A stretch of 24,000 nucleotides of DNA from Immundisolibacter sp. (GCF_041625615.1 NZ_JBFJTF010000010.1:2999-26998), one strand, 5' to 3'; counted from the first letter of the stretch, positions 9,641-18,718 are shown. Notes: a model not told the origin generated them from the letters alone. Translations and numbers: made by a program.

Positions 9641-11061
9641 CCGAACAACGCCAAACCCGCATCGTCGCCACCCTGGGGCCCGCCACCGATCCACCGGGGG
9701 TGCTCGAAGGCCTGCTGCGCGCCGGCATGAACGTGGCGCGCATCAACTTCTCGCACGGTAAGCGGGCCGATCACGAGCGGCGCATCGGCGCCCTGCGTGC
9801 CGCGGCCGAGAGTGTCGGCTGCGACGTCGCGGTGCTGGCCGACCTGTCCGGGCCGAAAGTACGCGTGCGCGGTTTTCGCAACGGGCCGGTGACGCTGCAG
9901 GCCGGCGCGCACTTCACCATCGACGGCGCGCTCGGCGAGCATGACGGCGACGAGCAGGCGGTCGGCACCGACTACCCGCAGCTGGCGCAGGACGTGCGCG
10001 CCGGCGACCGGCTGCTGCTCAACGACGGCCTGATCCAGCTGCGCGTGCTGAGCGTGCAGGACACGGCCGTGCAGTGCGAGGTGGAGGCCGGCGGCGAGCT
10101 GTCCAACCACAAGGGCATCAACAAGCTCGGCGGCGGCCTGTCGGCGTCCGCGCTGACCGCCAAGGACCGCGACGACATCGCCACCGCCGCCGCACTGGAG
10201 GTCGATTACCTGGCGGTGTCGTTCGTGCGGCGGGCGCTCGACATCGAACTCACGCGCGAGTTGCTGCGCGGCGCCGGCGGGCATGCCCGCATCGTCGCCA
10301 AGATCGAGCGCAGCGAGGCGGTGACGGCGCTCGACAGCATTGTCGAGGCCGCCGATGCGGTCATGGTGGCGCGTGGCGATCTGGGCGTGGAGATCGGCGA
10401 TGCCGAACTGCCCGGCGTGCAAAAACGCATCATCGCCCTGGCGCGCGAGCTGAACCGGCCGTGCATCACCGCCACCCAAATGATGGAGTCCATGATCGAA
10501 AACCCGGTGCCCACGCGCGCCGAGGTGCTCGACGTCGCCAACGCCGTCATCGATGGCACGGACGCGGTGATGCTGTCGGCCGAAACCTCGGTCGGCACCT
10601 ACCCGGTGCGCGTGGTGGAGACGGTGGCCCGCATCTGCCTGGGCGCCGAGCGCTACCCGGTCACCGAACGCTCGGCGGCCCAGTTCGCCAGCCACTTCGA
10701 GCGCACCGACGAGGCCATCGCCATGGCGTCCATGTACCTGGCGCGCCACGGCCACACCAGCGCCGTGCTGGCGCTGACCGACTCCGGGCACACCGCCCTG
10801 CTGCTGTCGCGCCTGCTGCACGGCGTGCCGGTATTCGCCCTGACCGAGCATGCCCGCACGCGCCGGCGCATGGCCCTGCTGCGCGGCGTGACCGCCATCA
10901 ACTTCGACCGTGACCGGCCTTACGAACGCGTCGCGCAGGACGCACTGGAACTGCTCAAGACACGCGGACTGATCGAGCGCGGCATGCGCGTGCTGATCAC
11001 CAAGGGTGACCAGCCCGGCTCCGGGCGTACCAACACGCTGCTTTTGATGGACGTCCCCTGA
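9637..11061 (+). CDS. pyk: Pyruvate kinase
   Basis: 474-aa ORF: TRIVATLGPAT...MNVARINFSHG...VMVARGDLGVEI...TQMMESM. These are canonical pyruvate kinase motifs. Confidence 0.95.
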   Translation: MTEQRQTRIVATLGPATDPPGVLEGLLRAGMNVARINFSHGKRADHERRIGALRAAAESVGCDVAVLADLSGPKVRVRGFRNGPVTLQAGAHFTIDGALGEHDGDEQAVGTDYPQLAQDVRAGDRLLLNDGLIQLRVLSVQDTAVQCEVEAGGELSNHKGINKLGGGLSASALTAKDRDDIATAAALEVDYLAVSFVRRALDIELTRELLRGAGGHARIVAKIERSEAVTALDSIVEAADAVMVARGDLGVEIGDAELPGVQKRIIALARELNRPCITATQMMESMIENPVPTRAEVLDVANAVIDGTDAVMLSAETSVGTYPVRVVETVARICLGAERYPVTERSAAQFASHFERTDEAIAMASMYLARHGHTSAVLALTDSGHTALLLSRLLHGVPVFALTEHARTRRRMALLRGVTAINFDRDRPYERVAQDALELLKTRGLIERGMRVLITKGDQPGSGRTNTLLLMDVP

Positions 11062-11115
11062 GCCTTGACCGCGACGGGAAGGCCACCGGTGATCCGGCGT
11101 GGCGTCCTGAGGAAG

Positions 11116-11191
<76 letters not shown>

Positions 11192-11324
11192 ACATGATCC
11201 GTCCGACAGCGGGCACCGGGACCGGGTAACGTCCGGCTGGCGCCGCCTTGGCGGGGCGCGCAGTGTACCATGCAGCGCTCGCCCCCCGTACAAGGGATGC
11301 GCAGACCCAGAAGGAGGATTCACC

Positions 11325-11882
11325 GTGCAACGTTGTCGCAGATTCCTGCTGGCCGCTTTCGCAGCCTGGTCCCTGAATGCCCAGGCCGGCGCTCTGGAGG
11401 ACGGCATCGCCGCCTTCGAACGCCACGACTTCAATACCGCCGTGCGCCTGATCAAGCCCCTCGCCGAGCAAGGCAACGTCGAGGCGGAATACTTCATGGG
11501 CACGTTCTACATGTACGGCCATGGCGTGGCCATGGATCCGCCGCAGGCCGACATGTGGTTCAAGCGCGCCTTCGGCCACTGGGAAACCCAGGCACGCGCC
11601 GGCAACCCGGCGGCCATGGTGGAAGTGGCGCTGATGCTCACCACCGGGCTGGGCATACAGCGCGACGACAAGGCTGCGGTGGAATGGCTGCGTAAAGCCA
11701 GCGACCTGGGTCACCCGGACGCCTGGGCCGAACTGGGCGAGCTGTACATCGAAGGCGCCGGCGTGCCGCGCGACCTGAAACAAGGCAAGGCACTGCTGGA
11801 GAAGGCGGCGGCGGCCGGCAGCCCGCGCGCCGACGAAATGCTGGCCGCGCTCGAGCGGCGGGTCGAGCCGACCCACTTCTGA
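11325..11882 (+). CDS. Sel1-repeat (TPR-like) secreted/periplasmic protein
   Basis: 185-aa ORF starting at GTG, 6 nt after a GGAGG SD. The signal peptide is MQRCRRFLLAAFAAWSLNAQA. Repeats of the type A.Y.LG..Y..G.GV..D...A..W..KAA follow, e.g. AEYFMGTFYMYGHGVAMDPPQADMWFKRA and AWAELGELYIEGAGVPRDLKQGKALLEKAAAAG. Confidence 0.8.
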   Translation: MQRCRRFLLAAFAAWSLNAQAGALEDGIAAFERHDFNTAVRLIKPLAEQGNVEAEYFMGTFYMYGHGVAMDPPQADMWFKRAFGHWETQARAGNPAAMVEVALMLTTGLGIQRDDKAAVEWLRKASDLGHPDAWAELGELYIEGAGVPRDLKQGKALLEKAAAAGSPRADEMLAALERRVEPTHF

Positions 11883-11917
11883 TTCAAGGCGGCCGCGCGC
11901 CGGACTGAGCAGATGAC

Positions 11918-12712
11918 GTGATTCTCGGTGTCTACCTGGCGATCGGCGCCCTGGCCGGGCTGATCGCCGGCATGCTCGGCCTGGGCGGCGGCGTGGTGAT
12001 CGTGCCGGCACTGGCGCTGGTGTTCCCGCTGCTGGACATGCCAGCTGCTGTGCTCATGCATCTGGCCATTGGCACCTCGCTGGCCATCATCGTGCCGACC
12101 TCGCTGTCCTCCGCCTACGCACACTACCGGCGTGGTGCCGTGGACGTGCCGCTGGTCTTGACCCTGCTGCCAGGGCTGGTGGTTGGGGCGGTGTTGGGCG
12201 GCTGGCTGGCCGACAAGCTACCGAGCGCGTTGCTCGCGCGCATCTTCGGCGGCTTCGTGACGGCAGTGGCGGTGCAGATCTTCTTCAATGCCAGCGCCCC
12301 CGGCCGGCGCCCGCTGCCCAGCCGCGGCGGCCTGCTGGGCGCCGGCGGTGTGATCGGCACCGCCTCGACACTGCTGGGCATCGGCGGCGGCAGCCTGACC
12401 GTGCCCTTCCTCACCTTCTGCCGCGTCGACATGCGCCGGGCGGTGGCCAGTTCCGCCGCCTGCGGGCTGGTGCTGGGCGTGATCGGCGCCGCGACCTTCC
12501 TGTGGGCGGGCCGCGATCACCCGCAGTTGCCGGCCGGCGCCATCGGCTACCTTTACCTGCCCGCCTTCATCGGCATCGCGCTGGCCTCGGTCGCCACGGC
12601 CCCGCTTGGGGCGCGGCTGGCCCACAGCCTGCCGGTCCCGACCCTCAAGCGCGTGTTCGCGATGTTCCTGGCGCTGGCCGGACTGCGAATGCTCGGCGTG
12701 CTGTCGTTCTAG
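11918..12712 (+). CDS. TauE/SafE (DUF81) family anion/sulfite exporter-type membrane protein
   Basis: 264-aa hydrophobic ORF with a GTG start. It has the duplicated GxLGxGGG motifs (GMLGLGGGVVIVP and LLGIGGGSLTVP) typical of the family. Confidence 0.82.
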   Translation: MILGVYLAIGALAGLIAGMLGLGGGVVIVPALALVFPLLDMPAAVLMHLAIGTSLAIIVPTSLSSAYAHYRRGAVDVPLVLTLLPGLVVGAVLGGWLADKLPSALLARIFGGFVTAVAVQIFFNASAPGRRPLPSRGGLLGAGGVIGTASTLLGIGGGSLTVPFLTFCRVDMRRAVASSAACGLVLGVIGAATFLWAGRDHPQLPAGAIGYLYLPAFIGIALASVATAPLGARLAHSLPVPTLKRVFAMFLALAGLRMLGVLSF

Positions 12713-13206
12713 CGCCGCCGGTAGGTAACGAAACTGTAGGCGTGGGCGTTGCGCGCGTCGGCGGGATGATCGTCACGCGCCGCCTCGCGCCAGTCGGCGC
12801 CCAGCGGCGGGAAATGCGTGTCGCCGGGCAGATCGGCATGAACCTCGGTCAGCTCAACCGTGCTTGCATCGGCCAGCGCCTGCGCGTACACGGCCGCACC
12901 GCCGATCACCATGGCCGGCCCGCCATGGGCGGCCGCCAGCCGGTAGGCCTGACCGAGACCGGATACCACCTCCACCCCGGGCGCCCCGAACCCCTCGCGC
13001 CGGCTCAAAACAATGTTCAGGCGCTGCGGCAGCGGCCGGCCGATGGACTCGAACGTGGTGCGCCCCATGATGACCGCCCGTCCCAGCGTCAGGCGGCGGA
13101 AGTGCGCCAGATCGGCCGGCAGGTGCCAGGGCAGCGCGCCGTCGCGGCCGATCACCCCGCCGCGCGCCACCGCCACCACCAGAACGACCTCGACCGGCGC
13201 CGTCAC
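12709..13206 (-). CDS. folA: Dihydrofolate reductase
   Basis: 165-aa ORF with a GTG start: [57 protein letters not shown]. These are canonical DHFR motifs. The start overlaps the thyA stop as GTGA. Confidence 0.92.
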   Translation of the reverse strand: MTAPVEVVLVVAVARGGVIGRDGALPWHLPADLAHFRRLTLGRAVIMGRTTFESIGRPLPQRLNIVLSRREGFGAPGVEVVSGLGQAYRLAAAHGGPAMVIGGAAVYAQALADASTVELTEVHADLPGDTHFPPLGADWREAARDDHPADARNAHAYSFVTYRRR

Positions 13207-13997
13207 ACGGCCACCGGGGCGCGGATGGCCGGGTGCGGGTCGTAGCCGGACAGTTCGAAGTCCCCGTACTCGAACTCGAACAGCGACTCGACCCGGCGGC
13301 CGATATCCAGCCGCGGCAGCGGCCGCGGCGTGCGCGCGAGCTGCTCACGGGCCTGGTCGAGATGGTTCAGGTACAGGTGCGCGTCGCCCAGCGTGTGCAC
13401 GAACTCACCCGGCGCCAGGCCGGTGACGTGCGCCACCATGTGGGTCAGCAGGGCGTAGGAGGCAATGTTGAACGGCACGCCCAGGAAGATGTCCGCGCTG
13501 CGCTGGTACAGCTGACACGACAGGCGCCCGTCCGCCACGTAGAACTGGAACATCACGTGGCACGGCGGCAGGCGCATGGCGTCCACCTGCGCCGGGTTCC
13601 AGGCGCTGACCAGCAGGCGGCGCGAGTCCGGATCGCGCCGGATGCGCTCGATGACGCCGGCGATCTGGTCGATGTGGCCACCGCTGTAATCCGGCCAGGA
13701 TCGCCACTGGTAGCCGTAGATGGGCCCCAGTTCGCCGTTGTCGTCGGCCCACTCGTCCCAGATGCTGACACCGTGCTGATGCAGATAGGCGACATTGGTA
13801 TCGCCGCGCAGGAACCACAGCAGCTCGTGGATGATCGAGCGCACGTGCAGCTTCTTGGTGGTCAGCAGCGGAAATCCGGCGGACAGGTCGTAGCGCGACT
13901 GCCAGCCGAACAGGCTCAGTGTGCCGGTACCGGTACGGTCGGCCTTGCGCGTGCCGCGCTCGAGCACGGCGCGCATGAGTTCGAGGTATTGCTGCAT
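13203..13997 (-). CDS. thyA: Thymidylate synthase (ThyA type)
   Basis: 264-aa ORF: [31 protein letters not shown]...[12 protein letters not shown]...DAHLYLNH. These are canonical ThyA motifs, including the active-site Cys. Confidence 0.96.
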   Translation of the reverse strand: MQQYLELMRAVLERGTRKADRTGTGTLSLFGWQSRYDLSAGFPLLTTKKLHVRSIIHELLWFLRGDTNVAYLHQHGVSIWDEWADDNGELGPIYGYQWRSWPDYSGGHIDQIAGVIERIRRDPDSRRLLVSAWNPAQVDAMRLPPCHVMFQFYVADGRLSCQLYQRSADIFLGVPFNIASYALLTHMVAHVTGLAPGEFVHTLGDAHLYLNHLDQAREQLARTPRPLPRLDIGRRVESLFEFEYGDFELSGYDPHPAIRAPVAV

Positions 13998-14044
13998 GGG
14001 GACGGGGCGCAGGAGGCTGAGGCAGGGCGCTAGAATACCGCTCT

Positions 14045-14446
14045 ATGAACGCCCCTTCCGATCCACGCGAGCCGGGCCAGCACGACGTGGCCGTGACTGT
14101 GCAGACCCAGTACCTGACCGAGCAGTCGGATCCGCTGCGCGGACGCTACGTGTTTGCCTACACGGTGACCATCACCAACCGCGGCCATCAGCCGGCGCGG
14201 CTGGTGGCGCGTCACTGGGTCATCACCAACGCCGAGGAGGCGACACAGGAAGTCCGCGGCCTGGGCGTGGTCGGCCAGCACCCGCACCTGGCGCCCGGCG
14301 AATCGTTCACCTACACCAGCGGCACCGTCATCGACACACCCACCGGCTGCATGCACGGCAGCTACCGGATGGTCGGCGACGACGGCGTCGAGTTCACCGC
14401 GCCGATCCCGCCGTTTCACCTGGCGGCGCCGCACAGCCTGCACTGA
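14045..14446 (+). CDS. apaG: ApaG (DUF525) protein
   Basis: 133-aa ORF containing YVFAYTVTITNRG...ARLVARHWVITNA...EVRGLGVVGQHPHLAPGESFTYTSG, which are ApaG-family motifs. Confidence 0.88.
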   Translation: MNAPSDPREPGQHDVAVTVQTQYLTEQSDPLRGRYVFAYTVTITNRGHQPARLVARHWVITNAEEATQEVRGLGVVGQHPHLAPGESFTYTSGTVIDTPTGCMHGSYRMVGDDGVEFTAPIPPFHLAAPHSLH

Positions 14447-14455
14447 AGTCATCCC

Positions 14456-14656
14456 GTGGAAATCACCGTCAACGGCACCACCCACCCCCTGTCGGACTCC
14501 CTCACCCTGGCGCAGCTGCTGGATCAACTTGGCCTGGCCGGCAAGCGCCTGGCGGTGGAAGTGAACCGCGACATCGTCCCGCGGGGAGAACACGCCAACC
14601 ACACCCTGCGCGACGGCGACCGGGTGGAGATCATCCACGCCATCGGTGGTGGCTGA
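14456..14656 (+). CDS. thiS: Thiamine-biosynthesis sulfur carrier protein ThiS
   Basis: 66-aa ORF with a GTG start: MEITVNGTTHPLSDSLTLAQLLDQLGL...LAVEVNRDIVPR...GDRVEIIHAIGGG. It has the ubiquitin-like ThiS pattern ending in Gly-Gly. Confidence 0.9.
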   Translation: MEITVNGTTHPLSDSLTLAQLLDQLGLAGKRLAVEVNRDIVPRGEHANHTLRDGDRVEIIHAIGGG

Positions 14657-14818
14657 GCCGACGGGCCCGGAAGCCCAGGCGAAACCCTGGGCAGCCCCCA
14701 GGGGACACAGAACCGGTCGCGGCAGCCGCGACACGGCGGCGAACCGCGACGTTCCACGGATGGAATCGCCCGGAACCCCAGCACACATTCGGCGGCTCGG
14801 CCGCCAGGACAGCAAGCC

Positions 14819-15613
14819 ATGACCGCTCTCAACGACGACCCGCTGTACATCGGCACGCGCACCTTCCACTCGCGCCTGCTGGTGGGCACCGGCAAGTACA
14901 AGGATCTGGACGAAACCGCCCGCGCCATCGAGACGAGCGGCGCCGAAATCGTCACCGTCGCGGTGCGGCGCGTGAATATCGGCCAGAATCCGGACGAACC
15001 GAATCTGCTCGACGTGGTTCCGCCGGACCGCTACACCATCCTGCCGAACACCGCCGGCTGCCACACCGCCGAGGAAGCGGTACGCACCTGCCGCCTGGCG
15101 CGCGAGCTGCTGGACGGGCACAACCTGGTGAAGCTGGAGGTGCTGGCCGAACACAAGACGCTGTACCCGGACGTCACCGAAACCCTGGCGGCGGCGAAGA
15201 CCCTCATCGACGACGGCTTCGACGTGATGGTCTACACCTCCGATGACCCGATCCTGGCCAAGCGCTTCGAGGACATGGGCTGCGTGGCGGTGATGCCGCT
15301 GGCGGCGCCGATCGGCTCCGGCCTCGGCATCCGCAACCCCTACAACCTGCGCCTGATCATCGAACAGGCACGCGTGCCGATCCTGGTCGATGCCGGTGTC
15401 GGCACGGCCAGTGACGCGGCGGTGGCCATGGAGCTGGGCTGCGACGGCGTGCTCATGAACACGGCCATCGCCGGCGCCAACGACCCGGTGCTGATGGCCA
15501 GCGCCATGCGCAAGGCCATCGAGGCCGGCCGCGAGGCCTACCGCGCCGGGCGCATCCCGCGCAAGGCGTATGCCGCCGCGTCGTCGCCACTGGACGGACT
15601 GATTTTTGACTGA
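14819..15613 (+). CDS. thiG: Thiazole synthase
   Basis: 264-aa ORF: [12 protein letters not shown]...VTVAVRR...TILPNTAGC...LVKLEVL...[13 protein letters not shown]. These are canonical ThiG motifs. Confidence 0.95.
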   Translation: MTALNDDPLYIGTRTFHSRLLVGTGKYKDLDETARAIETSGAEIVTVAVRRVNIGQNPDEPNLLDVVPPDRYTILPNTAGCHTAEEAVRTCRLARELLDGHNLVKLEVLAEHKTLYPDVTETLAAAKTLIDDGFDVMVYTSDDPILAKRFEDMGCVAVMPLAAPIGSGLGIRNPYNLRLIIEQARVPILVDAGVGTASDAAVAMELGCDGVLMNTAIAGANDPVLMASAMRKAIEAGREAYRAGRIPRKAYAAASSPLDGLIFD

Positions 15614-16295
15614 CACGCAGGCCGAGGTCGCCGCGACGGCGCCGCGGCGCAGCATCCGCAGCTTCGTGGTGCGCGCCGGGCGCATGACGCCGGGCCAGCG
15701 CCAGGCGCTCGAACGCCTGTGGCCACAGTACGGCATCGACCTGCCCGAGGCCGGCCCACTGGACCTGGACCTGGCGTTCGGTCGCCGGGCGCCGCGCACG
15801 CTGGAAATCGGCTTCGGCATGGGCGACGCGCTGCTGGCGCTGGCCCAGGCACAGCCGCAGCGCGATTTCATCGGCGTGGAGGTCTACCCGCCCGGCATCG
15901 GCCGCTTCCTGCTGCGCGTGGAGCAACTGGGGCTGCGCAACGTGCGGGTGATCTGCGCCGACGCCGTGCAGGTACTCGACCGGCACCTGCCGCCGGGCAG
16001 CCTGTCGCAGCTGCTGGTGCTGTTTCCCGACCCGTGGCCGAAAAAGCGGCACCACAAGCGGCGCCTGATCAACACGACCTTCCTGGCGCTGGCTGCCCGT
16101 GCCCTGGCGCCGGGTGGGCAACTGCACATCGCCACCGACTGGGCGGACTACGCGCAGGCCATCGGCGAGGCGCTGACCGCCAGCACCGGGTTCAGCGCTG
16201 AGACCACGGCCGCCGAGCGGCCGGCGACCAAGTACGAACGCCGCGGCCAGCGTCTGGGCCACGCCATCCACGAATTCGTCTACCGGCGCCGCTGA
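15606..16295 (+). CDS. trmB: tRNA (guanine46-N7)-methyltransferase
   Basis: 229-aa ORF: [30 protein letters not shown]...LEIGFGMGD...[14 protein letters not shown]. These are TrmB motifs. The only in-frame start upstream of the conserved RSFV block is TTG at 15606, which overlaps thiG by 8 nt. Confidence 0.9.
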   Translation: MTDTQAEVAATAPRRSIRSFVVRAGRMTPGQRQALERLWPQYGIDLPEAGPLDLDLAFGRRAPRTLEIGFGMGDALLALAQAQPQRDFIGVEVYPPGIGRFLLRVEQLGLRNVRVICADAVQVLDRHLPPGSLSQLLVLFPDPWPKKRHHKRRLINTTFLALAARALAPGGQLHIATDWADYAQAIGEALTASTGFSAETTAAERPATKYERRGQRLGHAIHEFVYRRR

Positions 16296-16315
16296 GCGGC
16301 GCGACACGACGAGCC

Positions 16316-16341
16316 CCGGCGCACCGACTGCGGTGCACCGG
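16316..16341. terminator. GC-rich hairpin between convergent trmB and DUF1015 genes; possible bidirectional terminator
   Basis: CCGGCGCACCG-ACTG-CGGTGCACCGG forms an 11-bp stem with one C/A mismatch and a 4-nt loop. No U-tract follows on either strand, so its function is uncertain. Confidence 0.3.
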
Positions 16342-16348
16342 GCACCAC

Positions 16349-17572
16349 TCAGTCGAGCAGGTGGCTGACCATGCCGTCGGCCAGCTTCGGCTCGAACCAG
16401 GTCGACTTCGGCGGCATCACCTGACCGGCATCGGCCACCGCCATCAGGTCCTCGAGCGAGGTCGGATACAGCGCAAAGCCCACCGCCATCTCGCCGCTGT
16501 CGACGCGGCGCTTCAGTTCCCCCAGGCCGCGGATGCCACCGACGAAATCGATGCGCTTGTCGCGCCGCGGATCGGTCACCCCGAGCAGCGGCTCGATCAG
16601 GTAGTGATGCAGCAGGCTGACGTCGAGCCGACCGACCGGGTCGTCCGGCACCCGGCCGGGCTTCAGGCGCAGGTGGTACCACTGCCCGGCCAGGTACATG
16701 CCGTAGGTGGTGGCGGCGGACGGACGCGCCTCGCCCGGCGCCGGCTGGCAATCGAAATGCTCGACCACGCGCGCCAGGAACGCCTCCGGGTCGAGCCCGT
16801 TCAGGTCGGTGAGGACGCGGTTGTAGTCGAGGATCTTCACCTGATCGTGCGGGAAGCTGACCGCCAGGAAATAGCTGGATTCGGCCTCCGGCTGGCCGCC
16901 GCGGGCCGCCGCCACGCGCGAGGCGGCGGCACTGCGGTGATGACCGTCGGCGATGTACAGCACGCCCTGGGACTCGACAGCGGCGGTGATGGCGGCGACA
17001 TCCTCGGCCACGTCGATGACCCACAGCGTGTGCTGCACGCCGTCGGCGGCGGTGCTGTCGGCCGCCGGCTCGCCGGCACACACGCGCGCCAGCACGCTGT
17101 CCACCGCCGCATCGGCGCGATGCACCAGAAACACCGGGCCAGTCTGGGCATTGCTGGTGTCGATGTGACGCACGCGGTCGTTTTCCTTGTCCGGGCGCGT
17201 GAACTCGTGGCGACGGATGCGGTTCTCGTCATAGGCCCGCACCGAGGCCGCCAGCACCAGGCCGGTCTGCGCACGGCCGTTCATCACCAGCCGGTAGGCG
17301 TAATAGCACGGCTGCGCGTCCTGCAGCAGGACGCCCTCGGCGATCAACCGCCGCAGGTTCTCGGCGCCCTTGGCGTACACCGCATCCGAGTACGGATCGG
17401 CGTCCACCGGCAGATCGATTTCCGGCCGCGACACATGCAGAAAGCTCAGCGGCCGCCCCTCCACCATGGCCCGCGCCTCGGCCGCATTCATCACGTCATA
17501 GGGCGGCGCGATCACCTCGCCGGCACGGCCGGGAGCGGGCCGCAGGCCGCGGAACGGGCGAATCAGGGACAT
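16349..17572 (-). CDS. DUF1015 domain-containing protein, function unknown
   Basis: The ORF reads MSLIRPFRGLRPAPGRAGEVIAPPYDVM...YIADGHHR..., matching the N-terminal signature and length of the DUF1015 family. I chose the ATG at 17572 because GAGGA lies 6 nt upstream of it. The track ATG at 17578 has no spacer to that SD. Confidence 0.82.
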   Translation of the reverse strand: MSLIRPFRGLRPAPGRAGEVIAPPYDVMNAAEARAMVEGRPLSFLHVSRPEIDLPVDADPYSDAVYAKGAENLRRLIAEGVLLQDAQPCYYAYRLVMNGRAQTGLVLAASVRAYDENRIRRHEFTRPDKENDRVRHIDTSNAQTGPVFLVHRADAAVDSVLARVCAGEPAADSTAADGVQHTLWVIDVAEDVAAITAAVESQGVLYIADGHHRSAAASRVAAARGGQPEAESSYFLAVSFPHDQVKILDYNRVLTDLNGLDPEAFLARVVEHFDCQPAPGEARPSAATTYGMYLAGQWYHLRLKPGRVPDDPVGRLDVSLLHHYLIEPLLGVTDPRRDKRIDFVGGIRGLGELKRRVDSGEMAVGFALYPTSLEDLMAVADAGQVMPPKSTWFEPKLADGMVSHLLD

Positions 17573-17594
17573 GAGCATTCCTCAACAACGAGAG

Positions 17595-17633
17595 AAACAA
17601 AAAACGCCTGACCCCGGCGCCGGGATCAGGCGT
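17595..17633 (-). terminator. Rho-independent terminator of htpX
   Basis: The minus strand, 15 nt after the htpX TGA, reads ACGCCUGAUCCCG-GCGC-CGGGGUCAGGCGU. This is a 13-bp stem including one U-G pair, with a 4-nt loop, followed by UUUUUGUUUCUCU. Confidence 0.8.
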
Positions 17634-17648
17634 CCAAGGAAACCGGGT

Positions 17649-18521
17649 TCAGGCGGCCCGCTGCAGGGCGGCGATGCGCTCGTCCAACGGCGGGTGCGAC
17701 ATGAACAGGCGCGACAGGCCGCTGCCGCTGTTGATGCCGAAGGCCGCCAGGGACTCGGGCAGGTGCGACGGCTCGTGGGCCGCCTTCAAGCGCTGCAGGG
17801 CGGCGATCATCTTGCCGCGACCGGCCAGGCTGGCGCCGCCGCTGTCGGCGCGGAACTCGCGCTGACGGCTGAACCACATGACGATCACGCTGGCCACGAT
17901 GCCGAACACCACCTGCGCCACCATGGTGGCGACGAAAAAGCCGACACCGTGACCCTGCTCGTTGCGAAACACGGCGCGATCGATGAACTGGCCGACCAGC
18001 CGCGACAGGACGATGACGAAGGTGTTCAGCACCCCCTGGATCAGCGTCAGCGTGACCATGTCGCCGTTGGCGACGTGGCTCACCTCGTGCCCGAGCACCG
18101 CCTCGGCCTCGTCGCGCGACATGCTGCGCAGCAGCCCGGTGCTGACCGCCACCAGCGCGTTGTTGCGGCTCATGCCGGTGGCGAAGGCGTTGACGTCCGG
18201 CGAATCGTAGACGGCCACCTCGGGCATGCCGATGCCGGCCAGCTCGGCCTGGCGACGCACGGTGTTGACCAGCCAGGTTTCGAGTTCACCGCGCGGCTGC
18301 TCGATGACCTGCGCGTTCACCATGCGCTTGGCGGTCCACTTGGACATGGCCAGCGAGATGAATGCTCCGCCCATGCCGAACACGGCCGCGAACACCAGCA
18401 GCGGCGCCATGCCGCCCTGTTCCGGTCGAATGCCCAGCAACGGCATGATGATGTTCAGCGCCACGCTCAACACCAGCAGCACCGCCAGATTGGTCAGCAC
18501 AAACAGCGCAATTCGTTTCAT
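17649..18521 (-). CDS. htpX: Zinc metalloprotease HtpX (heat-shock membrane protease)
   Basis: From the internal ATG at 18521 the ORF reads [20 protein letters not shown]..., with the HEVSHV zinc-binding HExxH motif and a C-terminal [17 protein letters not shown] lies 4 nt upstream of this ATG. The 40 codons upstream in the track ORF lie in the promoter region. Confidence 0.93.
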   Translation of the reverse strand: MKRIALFVLTNLAVLLVLSVALNIIMPLLGIRPEQGGMAPLLVFAAVFGMGGAFISLAMSKWTAKRMVNAQVIEQPRGELETWLVNTVRRQAELAGIGMPEVAVYDSPDVNAFATGMSRNNALVAVSTGLLRSMSRDEAEAVLGHEVSHVANGDMVTLTLIQGVLNTFVIVLSRLVGQFIDRAVFRNEQGHGVGFFVATMVAQVVFGIVASVIVMWFSRQREFRADSGGASLAGRGKMIAALQRLKAAHEPSHLPESLAAFGINSGSGLSRLFMSHPPLDERIAALQRAA

Positions 18522-18565
18522 GAAACTCCGGCTCCGGTTACCGCACCTCGCGGCTTTCGCGCTCA

Positions 18566-18594
18566 AGATAGGGTCGCGCCGAGGCAACTTCAAG
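18566..18594 (-). promoter_or_regulatory. Candidate sigma-32 (RpoH) heat-shock promoter for htpX
   Basis: The minus strand reads gaCTTGAAgttgcctcggcgcgaCCCTATCTtg. This is CTTGAA-N15-CCCTATCT against the E. coli sigma-32 consensus CTTGAA-N13-17-CCCCATNT. It lies about 45 nt upstream of the htpX ATG. htpX is a classical RpoH regulon member in E. coli. Confidence 0.45.
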
Positions 18595-18718
18595 TCGCAG
18601 ACCGCGACAACCGCATGCCAACAGGGAATACCACGCCCCAAGCCCGGCTTTCACGAATGAAAAAATTGAATATTTATATAAAAAACGCGCTTACCGAACG
18701 ATCGTTTTCTGCGCTTGC

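Noticed and set aside
11062-11115. Imperfect hairpin GCCACCGG-tgat-CCGGcGTGGC between the pyk stop and the 3' end of tRNA-Ala, as a possible bidirectional terminator.
   Set aside because: The stem is bulged and no U-tract follows on either strand. It cannot be distinguished from chance GC-rich self-complementarity.
11262-11300. Possible promoter for tRNA-Ala on the minus strand: TTGTAC ... TGgTACACT followed by the GC-rich discriminator gcgcgcccc.
   Set aside because: The TTGTAC-to-TACACT spacing is 20 nt, too long for a sigma-70 -35/-10 pair. Only the extended -10 reading remains, and it would imply a ~63-nt leader. This is plausible but not supportable from sequence alone.
14030-14047. TAGAAT -10-like hexamer 8 nt before the apaG ATG, with no SD, suggesting a leaderless apaG mRNA.
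   Set aside because: There is no acceptable -35 or extended -10 element. A single hexamer match is weak evidence and the true apaG start cannot be verified here.
13998-14818. TPP (THI-box) riboswitch expected near thiamine genes thiS and thiG.
   Set aside because: I found no CUGAGA/ACCUGAUCUGGAUAAUGCCAGCG-like core upstream of apaG, thiS or thiG. Many genomes place the riboswitch only on thiC or other thi operons.
14760-14822. 20-codon uORF ([20 protein letters not shown]) ending in an ATGA-type overlap with the thiG start.
   Set aside because: It has no SD and no conservation argument is available. Short open frames of this length are expected by chance in GC-rich DNA. The spacer's hairpins are a better description of the region.
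18601-18621. Sigma-54-like element on the minus strand, TGGCATgcggtTGTC, upstream of htpX.
   Set aside because: The -12 element is TTGT rather than the conserved TTGC. No enhancer-binding-protein gene is nearby. The sigma-32 match immediately downstream is much better.
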